Source: Thermoplasmata archaeon
GTDB lineage: Archaea; Thermoplasmatota; Thermoplasmata; Lutacidiplasmatales; UBA184
Direction of reading: 5' to 3'
Assembly (NCBI GenBank): GCA_052325545.1
Contig: JBKQUP010000028.1
Span: 7,166-71,165, forward strand
Length of the DNA: 64,000 nucleotides
Shown piece after piece: positions 1-9,300 of this stretch. The notes beneath the pieces were generated by a model. The model was not told the DNA's origin. It was given only the letters and a program-made list of their open reading frames with translations, and made no database searches. Numbering within the stretch: position 1 is the first letter of the stretch; every line of letters begins with the position of its first letter. The translations under genes and the position numbers were made by a program.

Positions 1-3
1 GAA

Positions 4-1086
4 ATGAATCGAACGACCGAGAAACTGCACGAAATTGGTCAGAGCATTTGGCTCGATAACATCACACATGGCTTGCTCGCCAGCGGTACGCTGCTGCGGT
101 ATATCCAAGAGCTATCGGTTACTGGTCTCACTTCGAATCCAACTATCTTCGATCACGCCATTAAGAACAGTAACGATTATGACGACGTCATTCGCAGGAA
201 GCTGGATGAAGGCAAGTCAGGTGAGGAACTGTTCTTCGAGTTGGCTCTCGAGGACCTAAGGCAGGCTCCCGATCTTTTTCGGCCTACCTACGACCGCACT
301 GATGGCGTCGATGGCTGGGTCTCCCTTGAGGTGTCGCCGCTACTGGCACACAACACGACTGGAACTCTCGCCGCAGCTAACGCTCTCCACAACCGCGCGG
401 CGCGGCCCAATCTCTTTATCAAGATTCCCGGTACCAGTGAGGGGCTTCCAGCGATTGAGGAAGCGATCTTCCGAGGTATCCCTGTTAATGTGACTCTTCT
501 GTTCTCGGGCGCGCAATGCGTCGCGGCAGCCGAAGCGTACATGCGCGGCGTCGAGCGCCGCATAGCCGCCGGGCTCAATCCTGATGTTGGTTCCGTGGCG
601 TCACTCTTCGTCAGCCGCTGGGACGTAGCTGTGGCACCGAGGGTGCCGGAGAGTCTGCGCAACCAACTCGGCATTGCCATCGCCCGGGATGCTTATGGGA
701 AATATCGCGCACTTCTTGACTCTTCGCGGTGGCAGCGCATCCAGAACGCTGGTGCCCGCCCTCAGCGCCTGCTTTGGGCGAGCACTGGAACCAAGGATCC
801 TAACGCATCGAGCATCCTCTACGTCCAGGCTCTCGCCTTGCCCTCCACCATCAACACAATGCCTGAGGCAACCTTGAACGCACTTGCCGCTCATCCGGAA
901 TTCGGCGAAGCCCTTCCCGAGAAAAGCGGCAAGATGTTAACTGAATTCGCAATCGCTGGTATTGATACCGATGCCGTCGCTGTCCAGTTGCTCGGGGAAG
1001 GAGTCGCATCGTTCGCCAAATCATGGAACGACCTTCTGGATTGCATCGCTTCGAAGAGCGCGGTGCTCAAGGCCGTAGTTGCCTGA
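4..1086 (+). CDS. tal: Transaldolase (long, Mycobacterium/cyanobacterial-type family)
   Basis: Motifs GQSIWLDNI, GLTSNPTIF, VSLEVSP, NLFIKIPGT (Schiff-base Lys), NVTLLFS, SLFVSRWD, QRLLWASTGTK. Confidence 0.92.
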   Translation: MNRTTEKLHEIGQSIWLDNITHGLLASGTLLRYIQELSVTGLTSNPTIFDHAIKNSNDYDDVIRRKLDEGKSGEELFFELALEDLRQAPDLFRPTYDRTDGVDGWVSLEVSPLLAHNTTGTLAAANALHNRAARPNLFIKIPGTSEGLPAIEEAIFRGIPVNVTLLFSGAQCVAAAEAYMRGVERRIAAGLNPDVGSVASLFVSRWDVAVAPRVPESLRNQLGIAIARDAYGKYRALLDSSRWQRIQNAGARPQRLLWASTGTKDPNASSILYVQALALPSTINTMPEATLNALAAHPEFGEALPEKSGKMLTEFAIAGIDTDAVAVQLLGEGVASFAKSWNDLLDCIASKSAVLKAVVA

Positions 1087-1146
1087 GTCGACCGGGAAGA
1101 AATCCACCAACCAAAATTAAGTCAACCATCGAAAATGGAGATCCAA

Positions 1147-1674
1147 ATGAACTCGAAAAACTCTGTAGCGGCAATTTATGAAACGCACGAGCAGGCAGAA
1201 AAGGCCATCAAGGAACTGCAGGAGGCCGGCGTCAATATGAAGAGCCTGTCGATCGTAGGGCGGGATACGCACACGGAGGAACACGTGGTTGGCTATTACA
1301 CTGCAGGCGATCGCATGAAACATTGGGGCGGGGTGGGAGCATTCTGGGGCGGGTTCTGGGGGTTGCTGTTCGGATCTGGTCTGTTTTTCATACCGGGACT
1401 CGGACCGATTCTTGCCGCCGGTCCAATCGTAGCCTGGATCGTAGCCGCCCTCGAAGGCGCAGTTGTTCTCGGCGGTGTGAGCGCAATCGGCGCAGGCTTG
1501 GTCAGTATCGGCATTCCCAAGGACAGCGTACTGAAGTACGATGTCGCCTTGAAGACCGACAAATACGTGCTCATTGTCCACGGAACACCTGAAGAGGTGG
1601 AGAAGGCCAAGGACATCATTCACGGCACGGAACAGAGCCATTACGCGGTTTATGGCCAGGCCGTTCTCGTCTAA
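1147..1674 (+). CDS. General stress protein / DUF1269-like membrane protein
   Basis: SVAAIYETHEQAEKAIKEL N-terminus, Gly-zipper hydrophobic core (GAFWGGFWGLLFG...IPGLGPILAAGP), GIPKDSVLKY; GGAG SD upstream of ATG 1147 (alternative ATG 1135). Confidence 0.72.
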   Translation: MNSKNSVAAIYETHEQAEKAIKELQEAGVNMKSLSIVGRDTHTEEHVVGYYTAGDRMKHWGGVGAFWGGFWGLLFGSGLFFIPGLGPILAAGPIVAWIVAALEGAVVLGGVSAIGAGLVSIGIPKDSVLKYDVALKTDKYVLIVHGTPEEVEKAKDIIHGTEQSHYAVYGQAVLV

Positions 1675-1804
1675 GAACTGGACAGCCTGCGCTGCGACAG
1701 TGTAGAGCGTCGCGGGGACTTTGTGAGGCTTGCTCTTTCGCGGCGCGGCATGTACAGCCAGCCAGAGACAACTCATCGAACCAGCACATACGAAGGGAAA
1801 CACG

Positions 1805-2563
1805 ATGTTAATCAAAGCAAAGGCGCTAAATGGATATTCACTCGCGAGCCTGGATGGGGACATAGGGTCGGCCAGCGAGTTCTTCTTCGACGACCAGTAT
1901 TGGGCGATTCGTTACCTCGTCGCAAATACGGGAACCTGGCTCACCGGCAGACGGGTCCTGATCTCTCCTTACTCGCTTGACGGTGTCAATACTGTAGAAG
2001 AGAAGGTGTTCGTTCTGTTAAAGAGGAAGCAGATCGAAGATAGCCCCTCAATTGATATGGACGAGCCGGTTTCCCGCCAGTATGAGGGCCTATACAACGG
2101 ATACTATGGATACCCTAATTATTGGGGTGGCCCGTACATGTGGGGAGGCAATCCGTACATCCTACGGGATCGCAGCAGGTGGGGCTTGGCCGCCTCTGAA
2201 GCAATGGGGTGGGACCGCCATCTTCGTAGCACCCACGAGGTAACGGGCTATCATTTCGCTGCGCTTGACGGAGAGATCGGCCATGTCGATGACTTCATCG
2301 TCGATGACGAGACCTGGGCAATTCGCTACCTTGTTGTGGCAACAAAGAACTGGTGGCCTGGGAAAAAGGTTCTGATTTCGCCAAGGTGGATCAAGAATGT
2401 GAGTTGGGAAGCGGGGGAGGTTTCGATCGGCCTGTCTCGCGAGGCGATCAAGGCCGCGCCGGAATTTAACGACGAGTCCCTGCTCACCCGGGATTACGAA
2501 GCGGGCCTGTACGGGCACTACAATCGTGAAGGATACTGGGTCGAGGAACTCACGACCGTCTGA
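1805..2563 (+). CDS. Tandem PRC-barrel domain protein
   Basis: Two repeats of DG[D/E]IG..[D/E]F..DD..WAIRYLV..T..W..G[R/K][R/K]VLISP; ATG 1805 preceded by GAAGGG. Confidence 0.82.
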   Translation: MLIKAKALNGYSLASLDGDIGSASEFFFDDQYWAIRYLVANTGTWLTGRRVLISPYSLDGVNTVEEKVFVLLKRKQIEDSPSIDMDEPVSRQYEGLYNGYYGYPNYWGGPYMWGGNPYILRDRSRWGLAASEAMGWDRHLRSTHEVTGYHFAALDGEIGHVDDFIVDDETWAIRYLVVATKNWWPGKKVLISPRWIKNVSWEAGEVSIGLSREAIKAAPEFNDESLLTRDYEAGLYGHYNREGYWVEELTTV

Positions 2564-2616
2564 ATGCAATTCGACAAATTTCTAACGTAGTTCGATGTTG
2601 AATGTGCTCCGGGGAC

Positions 2617-2665
2617 AAATAAGCCACAGACCCTGTTTTCGCGGCGGTCTGTGGCTTATTTTGCT
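2617..2665 (+). terminator. Intrinsic terminator-like hairpin after the PRC-barrel gene
   Basis: Perfect 16-bp inverted repeat AAATAAGCCACAGACC (2617-2632) / GGTCTGTGGCTTATTT (2646-2661), 13-nt loop, T-rich tail. Confidence 0.7.
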
Positions 2666-2800
2666 TTGCCCTCGCAAACTATCTGTGAAATCCATGTGCA
2701 CCGAGCTAGGAAATTCAAGGGGACCATTCCTTGGCGAGCATCCGAATGCGAAGAGCAAACTGGAACAGTATCTCTCCATGGCAGATGAAATCCTCTTAGG

Positions 2801-3493
2801 ATGAATGATCATTCTCGTCACGACCATGAAGACCTTCTTGATAGTCTCGTCGGCGGCAAACTGCCGCGCAATCTGAGTTGGAACGCTGTAGTTGACCTCG
2901 TCGGACGGATTGGCGAGGTCCAGCCGCACGGAAACGACGAGTTTGCGTTCGTAGTGGGCTCGCAGAGGGGCTTCTTCAAGCGCCCCGGAACCCATAATCT
3001 TGAAGTCGAAGAGATCTCCAGGCTGCGTAGCTTTCTAAAAGAAGCTGGCGTCCTTGGAAAACCCGCGAAAGCACATCAAATAGGGCGAATGGTTGTGGTC
3101 ATCGATCATCGTGCCGCCCATATCTACCACGATCTCGGCGGCAGTCGGCCTCAAGACGAAGTCACCGTCAAGCCATTTGATCCATTTGGCTTTCAACATC
3201 ATCTGATCCATCGGAAGGAAGCCCACTACAAGGGAGATCATGTTCCAGAGGAAGAATCGTACTACGAAGAGATTGCAACGGATCTTGTCCATGCGGAATC
3301 GATCACCCTCATCGGTCATGCAACAGGCAAGAGCAGCGCTGTCAATTTCCTTAGCGAGTATTTGAAGAATCATCATCCTGAGACGTTCCGGCGTATTATC
3401 GCTACCGAGACGGTGGATCTCTCAGCGTTGACTGAGCCGGAGATCGAGGAGATCGCAAAGAAGCGCATTCGGGCTGCCGCTATCCCCGCTTGA
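2801..3493 (+). CDS. Fusion of a HicA-like N-terminal domain and a release-factor (eRF1 domain 2/baeRF)-like C-terminal domain
   Basis: N-term NLSWNAVVDLVGRIG..FFKRPGTH..RLRSFLKEAGV resembles HicA-type domains; C-term MVVVIDHRAAHIY..HHLIHRK..YYEEIATDL..ITLIGHATGKS..YLKNHHP..IIATETVD resembles baeRF/host-attachment-like proteins. Recognised by eye only. Confidence 0.6.
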   Translation: MNDHSRHDHEDLLDSLVGGKLPRNLSWNAVVDLVGRIGEVQPHGNDEFAFVVGSQRGFFKRPGTHNLEVEEISRLRSFLKEAGVLGKPAKAHQIGRMVVVIDHRAAHIYHDLGGSRPQDEVTVKPFDPFGFQHHLIHRKEAHYKGDHVPEEESYYEEIATDLVHAESITLIGHATGKSSAVNFLSEYLKNHHPETFRRIIATETVDLSALTEPEIEEIAKKRIRAAAIPA

Positions 3494-3615
3494 GGGCAGA
3501 CTGGCAACGGCTCGGTGAAGATCGTCTTGGTTGGTATGAAGAAATGCGATCTTCATGCTTATCCCTTCAAGTCTGGTTGCCGCATGGTGAGTGATGCTTG
3601 ATGCACCGTAGTTGT

Positions 3616-5988
3616 TCAGGAAATACGAAGACGGACCAAGACTGGAATCTTTAGCAGGTCCAGAATCGCACCGAAGGCAAGAGCGGCGCCAAACTCGGCG
3701 GCTATGACTGCGAGGGGCAACGGTGCCATGGCGATTCCAAAGGCAGCGAGAGTCGAAATGATAAGGACATCGGCAACTGACGATAGGACGAGCCAAATAC
3801 TGGGTCGTAGGCCCCATAGACGCTGTCGTCCGCGAATGACGTATGTGGTGGCCTGGCTTCCAAACACGATACTGACCGCGGTCAGTGTTTGAAGCGACTC
3901 GATGTCGAGATGCAACTGATATTTGCCCACTGCGAGGATTGCCGTGGAGAACGCAAGGAAGCAGAGTCCGAACATCACCCCTGCGCTTGTGATTCGGCCT
4001 ATCTGCCAGGAGTTTGGCGTTGTCGATGGCCGGACTCGGTCAGTGGTGAGCGACATGGCAAGGAAGTCGCCCGTGATCATCACAATGACCATCAGCATCG
4101 GAGTCAGCACCGCGTGTCCCGTCATGACCAAGCCAACCGCCAGCAAGAGCGCCTGAAACACCTTCTTCTGAACCGAGTTGAGCGTGTAGGTGAGAATGCG
4201 TTGAAAGGTGACTCTGCCTTCTTTTACGGCCGCCACAATGCCGCCGAGGCCTGCCTTGGTTAGAACCACACCGGCGGCCGATTTGGCTACGTCGGTTGCG
4301 GTTGAAACGGCAATACCTATCTGTGCCTGGCGCAGGGCGGGCGCGTCATTGGCCCCGTCGCCACACATCCCAACTGTATGCCCGCTCTTCTGAAATGCTT
4401 TGACGAGGTCAAACTTGCCCTCGGGAAGAACACCCGCAAAGACCGAGAAGTCTTCTGGCTTAATGCCATCTGGCAGCTTACCGGCCGGGCAGATTGCCCC
4501 CTTCAATCCAACTTCGCGGGCGACGATTGCAGCTGTGGCCGGAGCGTCACCTGTCACCATCACAGTGCGTACGCCGAGGCCGTTCAGTTCTGAGATAAGT
4601 GAGACTGAGTCCGCTCGCGGCGGATCGCTGAGGGCAATCAATCCGATGATCCGGCTGGAGGCCGTCGGTCCCGCGGCGACTGCCAAGACTCTAAAACCCT
4701 TCTTCTCGAGTTCGTCAGCGATAGCGGCCGCGGCGGGAGAGGGCGCGGTGAGGCCGACAACCGCAGTGAACGCACCCTTGATGATTCGTTCGGAGCCACT
4801 GTTTGCATCTGTCGCGGTTGCTTCCGAAGTTTTCTTGACCGGATCGAACGGAACGAAAACGGTCAGCTTTGGCAAGCCAGTCGCTGTTTTCTGCGACGCG
4901 GCAAGTCGAATCGCCGCATCGACTGGGTCCTGGCCTCCATCAGAGCTCGCCAGCGCTGCCATCCCGAGAACATGTGCTTCGTCGAATCCAGGCAGTGGGC
5001 GAACGCTTGTGACTGTGAGTTCATTCTGGGTCAGAGTTCCGGTTTTGTCCGAGCACAACACGTCGATCGATGCGGCTTCGTCCACGGCGGAAAGCCGCGT
5101 TGGCAACACGCCCTGCTTCGCAAGAGCACGAGCTCCAATCGCGGCAGCGAGTGTGAATGTCGCCGGCAATGCGACGGGGATGATGGCCAGGACCGAGGTT
5201 AGCAACAACGGAATCATCTCGCTCGATGGCATCGCATGGTGCCATGCGTAGACTCCCATCGCAACGATGATGAGGCAATTGAAGACTGCCAGGTTGCGGA
5301 TAATCTTGAGGACGGCCTTTTGTTGTGTGCTCACTACGTGTGCGGTGCGAATCAGTTCCGCCGTGCGGCCGAATTTTGTCCGAGTACCTGTGGCCGTTAC
5401 GATGGCCGTCGCCTCGCCTCGCCGAACCAGGGCACCTGCAAAAGTGTCTGTGCCGGCACCGGCATCGATGGGGAGGGATTCTCCTGTAAGCATCGACTGA
5501 TCAAGCTCAACCGAGCCGCTCGTTAGGTGGACGTCTGCAGCCACGACGCCGCCGAGGGATAGCTTTACCAGGTCGCCACATACCAACTCCGCCGCCGGTA
5601 CAGTCTTCCATTCGCCATCTCGCTGGACCGATGCATTGAGTGCCAGACGGGATTTGAGAGCAGCAAGGGTGGCCTGAGCGCGACTCTCCTGGAAGTAGGC
5701 GAGTGCTGCATTGAAAAGGAGCAGAGCTGCGATGACAGCAGCTTCGTAATACTTGTGCAGGACGATCTCAAGTACAACGGATGCTTCCAGCAGCCACGGT
5801 ACAGGCGCCCAGAATTTTGCCAATGCATTGCGCAGTGGATGAGCAGACGTGTCCGGCATCGCATTGGGACCGTCCTTTTCGAGCCGAGTACGCGCTTCTT
5901 CGCTCGTAAGGCCCACTTGGGCGCAATCCGGATCCGGTTTTAGGACCGGACTGGTTGATGCCGGGGCGACAAGGCTAGTCAAGCTCAC
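3616..5988 (-). CDS. Plasma-membrane proton-efflux (P3A-like) P-type ATPase
   Basis: LTGES, IPVALPAT, DKTGTLT (phosphorylated Asp), MVTGD, GDGANDAPAL, MITGDF; ~790 aa with multiple TM helices; GTG start. Confidence 0.9.
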   Translation of the reverse strand: MSLTSLVAPASTSPVLKPDPDCAQVGLTSEEARTRLEKDGPNAMPDTSAHPLRNALAKFWAPVPWLLEASVVLEIVLHKYYEAAVIAALLLFNAALAYFQESRAQATLAALKSRLALNASVQRDGEWKTVPAAELVCGDLVKLSLGGVVAADVHLTSGSVELDQSMLTGESLPIDAGAGTDTFAGALVRRGEATAIVTATGTRTKFGRTAELIRTAHVVSTQQKAVLKIIRNLAVFNCLIIVAMGVYAWHHAMPSSEMIPLLLTSVLAIIPVALPATFTLAAAIGARALAKQGVLPTRLSAVDEAASIDVLCSDKTGTLTQNELTVTSVRPLPGFDEAHVLGMAALASSDGGQDPVDAAIRLAASQKTATGLPKLTVFVPFDPVKKTSEATATDANSGSERIIKGAFTAVVGLTAPSPAAAAIADELEKKGFRVLAVAAGPTASSRIIGLIALSDPPRADSVSLISELNGLGVRTVMVTGDAPATAAIVAREVGLKGAICPAGKLPDGIKPEDFSVFAGVLPEGKFDLVKAFQKSGHTVGMCGDGANDAPALRQAQIGIAVSTATDVAKSAAGVVLTKAGLGGIVAAVKEGRVTFQRILTYTLNSVQKKVFQALLLAVGLVMTGHAVLTPMLMVIVMITGDFLAMSLTTDRVRPSTTPNSWQIGRITSAGVMFGLCFLAFSTAILAVGKYQLHLDIESLQTLTAVSIVFGSQATTYVIRGRQRLWGLRPSIWLVLSSVADVLIISTLAAFGIAMAPLPLAVIAAEFGAALAFGAILDLLKIPVLVRLRIS

Positions 5989-6015
5989 CGTTGGGCACCT
6001 GAATCGCTAATCTCT

Positions 6016-6528
6016 CTACCACCATTCCATTGAGCGGCCGGAGGTCGTTTTCACTTCTGATTCGGGCTTGGCTGAGTGAAGAAGCAGGAGTGGGCACTGT
6101 GCGAGCTTTACGACCTTCTCGGCTATCGAGCCGAATACGAGCGGATGCCAGCCTGAGATTCCGTGGGTGGAGATCACGATCATATCAATATGTTCGCGTT
6201 CGACCACCTCCATGATGTTGCCGACTACGTCATTTCCAACTTCAACGCTGAAAGTTGACTTCACTCCCCTAGCTTGAAGTGCAGCCTCGCACTTGGCCAA
6301 ATGGATCTCTGCGTATTTTCTTGCATTCTCAAGAAAGGCGGCCTCTGGAATGAAGTCTGGAATTGTCGTGGTCGGAAACTCCGGGATCACATTCACGAGA
6401 TGGAGTTCTGCTTGAAAGTGCTGGGCAAGATCCGCGGCCATATCCAGCGCAGCCTGTGATGATGGGCTGAAGTCTATGGGCAGAAGAATCTTTGTCGGGA
6501 TAGAAGGGAAGCGATTGATTTCGGGCAT
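6016..6528 (-). CDS. Universal stress protein (UspA family)
   Basis: KILLPIDFSPSSQAAL..AADLA, ELHLVNV, DMIVISTHG, VFGSIAEKVVKLAQCPLLLL. Start uncertain (ATG 6528 or 6609). Confidence 0.88.
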   Translation of the reverse strand: MPEINRFPSIPTKILLPIDFSPSSQAALDMAADLAQHFQAELHLVNVIPEFPTTTIPDFIPEAAFLENARKYAEIHLAKCEAALQARGVKSTFSVEVGNDVVGNIMEVVEREHIDMIVISTHGISGWHPLVFGSIAEKVVKLAQCPLLLLHSAKPESEVKTTSGRSMEWW

Positions 6529-6552
6529 GATGGCTCTCGCTAACTGATCAGA

Positions 6553-6566
6553 TTGACTCAAATCAA
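6553..6566. promoter_or_regulatory. Possible FNR/FixK (Crp-family) box
   Basis: TTGAC-TCAA-ATCAA matches TTGAY-N4-RTCAA; lies just upstream of the likely USP start. Single site. Confidence 0.35.
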
Positions 6567-7027
6567 GTCTCATTTGTTTTGAGAGCAAAGGCTGTGCTCT
6601 TTTGGACATCTGAGCTGACTAGTCGGTGTTCACGCATAAGATCACACGCTTCCGTCACCGCTGCCATGTTCTGTGCCGCGGTCTTCTGCCACCAGAGGTT
6701 GAATCCGCCTGCGGCAAGATGTGGATTTGGAACCAGGTGATGATCGTTAATCTTGTTCCGCACTGCAAACGGCTCAAGGCTCTGTGCGTTAATTTCTGGA
6801 TACATGTTGATTTCGTCCTATCCGGATCCGGAATTGCCTCTAAAGGATCAGACACTGCCGTGCGCTCAACATGATTCTGTGGCATGGGATGGCTGACCAT
6901 CTGATCAATTAGACACAGTCATTCTCGTCTTGCAGATTGACAATCGCATTGGGCGCTCATAGCGCTTGCATTTAGGGGCCTTTAAAGCAAACACCGCAAG
7001 ATCGACTGGACCCGGAGAAAGTGTGAA

Positions 7028-8176
7028 GTGATCGCTGTGAAACGACCTGACGATAACGCAGCAATATATCTTGTTGGCGGGGGCATTGCTTCTCTTGCCG
7101 CTGCAGTCTTTCTCATTCGTGACGGAGATGTCCAAGGGCATACGATCACGATTCTCGAAGAGTCTTCCCGGATCGGCGGCAGCCTTGACGCAGCGGGAAA
7201 CGCGACAGATGGTTATGTGATGCGCGGCGGCCGCATGATAGAGAGCAAATACCTGTGCACCTTCGACCTCTTCTCATCGATTCCGACTCTCGAGGGGTCG
7301 AAGTCGGTGACGCAGGAGATATTTGACTGGAACGAGACGATGAAAACCGCCTCCAAGGCGCGCTTGTTTCGGGACGGCCAAAGAGTCGATAGTCCCAGTT
7401 TTGGCTTGAGTGAAAAGGATATCCTCAACCTCGAGCGTCTGGCGATCGAGCCGGAGGAGTTGCTTGGACGGACCACGATCTCCGACCAGTTCGCTCCGGG
7501 ATTCTTTGAGACGGACTTCTGGCACATGTGGTGTACCACCTTTGCCTTTCAGCCCTGGCATAGCGCCGTCGAGTTCAAACGCTATCTCGTGCGCTTCACC
7601 CACATGGTTTCCGGTTTCAATACGCTTACCGGCATCATGCGCACTGTATACAACCAGTTCGATTCGATGGTGCGCCCGCTTTACAAATGGCTCGAAGAAC
7701 GCGGCGTGAAGTTCATGCTCAAGACAACGGTCACGGACCTTGTTCTTCTTCAAGACCGTGCCGGCTTTGCCGTCGATAAGATCGTGGTTCAAGAAAACGG
7801 CGTTGTCAGAAGCATTCGTGTTACCGAAGACGACAAAATCATCGTGACACTCGGGTCTATGACCGAAGGATCGAGTCTGGGTTCAATGGACTCGGCCGCC
7901 GCCCTGTTGGGGAAATCCGACGGCGGTTCCTGGGCCCTTTGGGAGAAAATCGCCGCCGGCCAGACGCAATTCGGACATCCTTCGAACTTTGCCAATCACG
8001 TTGAACAATCCAAGTGGATGTCCTTTACGACCACGCTTCACGATCCGAAGCTTTTCGACCTAATCCGGGACTTGACGGGGAACGTACCTGGAGAAGGCGG
8101 GCTTATTACCTTTCCGGAGTCGAGTTGGCTGGCTTCAATAGTGTTGCCTCATCAGCCGCATTTCATTGGGCAGTAG
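7028..8176 (+). pseudogene. ohyA: Oleate hydratase (MCRA family), 3'-truncated at the sequence junction
   Basis: FAD motif YLVGGGIASLAAA, GGSLD, GYVMRGGRM, FWHMWCTTFAFQPWHSA, YNQFDS. Ends abruptly at PHQPHFIGQ* after 382 aa; family members are normally longer than 500 aa. Confidence 0.85.
8170..8176. other. Junction between bacterial-type and archaeal-type DNA (probable contig join or chimera)
   Basis: The + strand hydratase and a - strand ORF both lose their family pattern at the same point; gene taxonomy and promoter style change here, and GC content rises sharply within ~1 kb. Confidence 0.75.
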
Positions 8177-8451
8177 AGCAGCTTGTTGAATTTCGATAGT
8201 TCAGGGATCACTCCCTGTACGAAATAGTCCGCCTCGGCGAAGAGCGTGAGCAGGACCGGGACGTCGCGTCCCTCAATTCCGAGTCGCGAGGCGATAGCCA
8301 CCATCTCAGCTCTGGCCACGACGGCAGGCTCTATCAGGACCTTGCCGGTTGTCGGGTCGTGTTCGGCCGGTACACTCTTCAAAAGAATGGGGTTGCCCTG
8401 CCAATCGACCGTTCGCACGTCCACGGTCGTCGCTTCTCCTCTCTCTACCAT
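8174..8451 (-). CDS. Putative antitoxin (Cys-less MqsA/YgiT-like N-terminus plus start of a Panacea/DUF4065-like domain), truncated
   Basis: ATG 8451 with GGAGGAGG SD; ILLKSVPAEHDPTTGKVLI resembles a YgiT finger without Cys; ELSKFNKLLY resembles the Panacea KLxKLLY motif; cut by the junction. Confidence 0.5.
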
Positions 8452-8473
8452 TTCTACTGTAACCTCCTCCGGC

Positions 8474-8767
8474 TCACCGTGCCGGCTTCGCGCCGCTTCG
8501 TCTCCCTGTTGTCTTTGTGATTCCTGTGACATGGACCACTTTGTCATTCCCTTCGACTTCTCCCTTGCAATCGCAGTTGCAGAAGTAACGGATCGTTCCG
8601 GACCCGTGTTCGACGTCGACCGTCTCGCGCCACTTCTTTCTCGCCCGAAGCTCCTTCGGGTCGAAGTGGTCATTCAAGATGCGAGTGAGTTCGGTCGCGA
8701 CGATTGCCACTTCCGTGGGGTTGATGTTTGTGAAGAGGCGGACCTCGCGCACTTTGACGCGAATCAT
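8474..8767 (-). CDS. Small hypothetical protein, candidate toxin (weakly RelE-like)
   Basis: 97-aa basic ORF MIRVKVREVRLF...; TTAAGTA TATA-like box ~30 nt upstream; directly upstream of the antitoxin-like gene. Confidence 0.55.
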   Translation of the reverse strand: MIRVKVREVRLFTNINPTEVAIVATELTRILNDHFDPKELRARKKWRETVDVEHGSGTIRYFCNCDCKGEVEGNDKVVHVTGITKTTGRRSGAKPAR

Positions 8768-8771
8768 GAGT

Positions 8772-8802
8772 GGGGGCGCTGTACGCGCGCCCCCATACTT
8801 AA
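8772..8802 (-). promoter_or_regulatory. Archaeal TATA box with operator-like inverted repeat
   Basis: GGGGGCGC (8772-8779) / GCGCCCCC (8787-8794) with a 7-nt spacer lies between TTAAGTA (8796-8802, minus strand) and ATG 8767. Confidence 0.5.
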
Positions 8803-9300
8803 CCGCGCCAGTGACGTTGCCTCTCCACGGGCCCAACTCCGCGGGTCCGCAGCCATCCGTCACTCGGCTCGATTACTGCATATCCCTGTGATTGGTTGGA
8901 AGCTTCTCTGATATTAATCCTTTGAAACTTGGGACGAACCGCCGAGTGGCGTGACAACTCGGTACAGACCTGGTTTGTAACAGCCATTCACCGACCTTCG
9001 TTTAGCCCCGGAAAGAAACAGAACCGCGTAGAGCGGAAGCTCTCGGTGAATTCTCCCCGGTGAGAAACGCGCGACGGCCCACGCTGATCGACCCGGACCT
9101 GAATCGAGCGCCGGTGCGAGGCTGAGCGTACGAGGGTTGGGCAGCCTCGATATCGACGACGAATTCGTCGGAGCCGACGGGTCGAGACGGGACGTGGCGC
9201 CAACCTTCTCGCTCTCGAGATTTCCACGACGCCCACCTTGGGGGAGGCCCGGCCCCACCGCCGCGAGCGTTATCCGAAGCGTCCGGGTCGGACGTTCCGG

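Noticed and set aside
6563-7027. Several short ORFs and a weak TTG-N8-CAA (6930-6943) between USP and ohyA
   Set aside because: No motifs, conflicting frames, and a poor match to the FNR consensus.
8914-9236. Possible att site, tRNA fragment or small ORF beside the TA pair, including the 14-bp palindrome CGACGAATTCGTCG (9157-9170)
   Set aside because: No tRNA-like arm, direct repeat or integrase found; a single palindrome in GC-rich DNA is not significant.
1-9300. Oleate hydratase and stress genes as an island integrated into the archaeon together with the TA pair
   Set aside because: No mobility genes or target duplication, and both flanking genes are truncated at one point; an assembly or concatenation artefact is more parsimonious until reads show otherwise.
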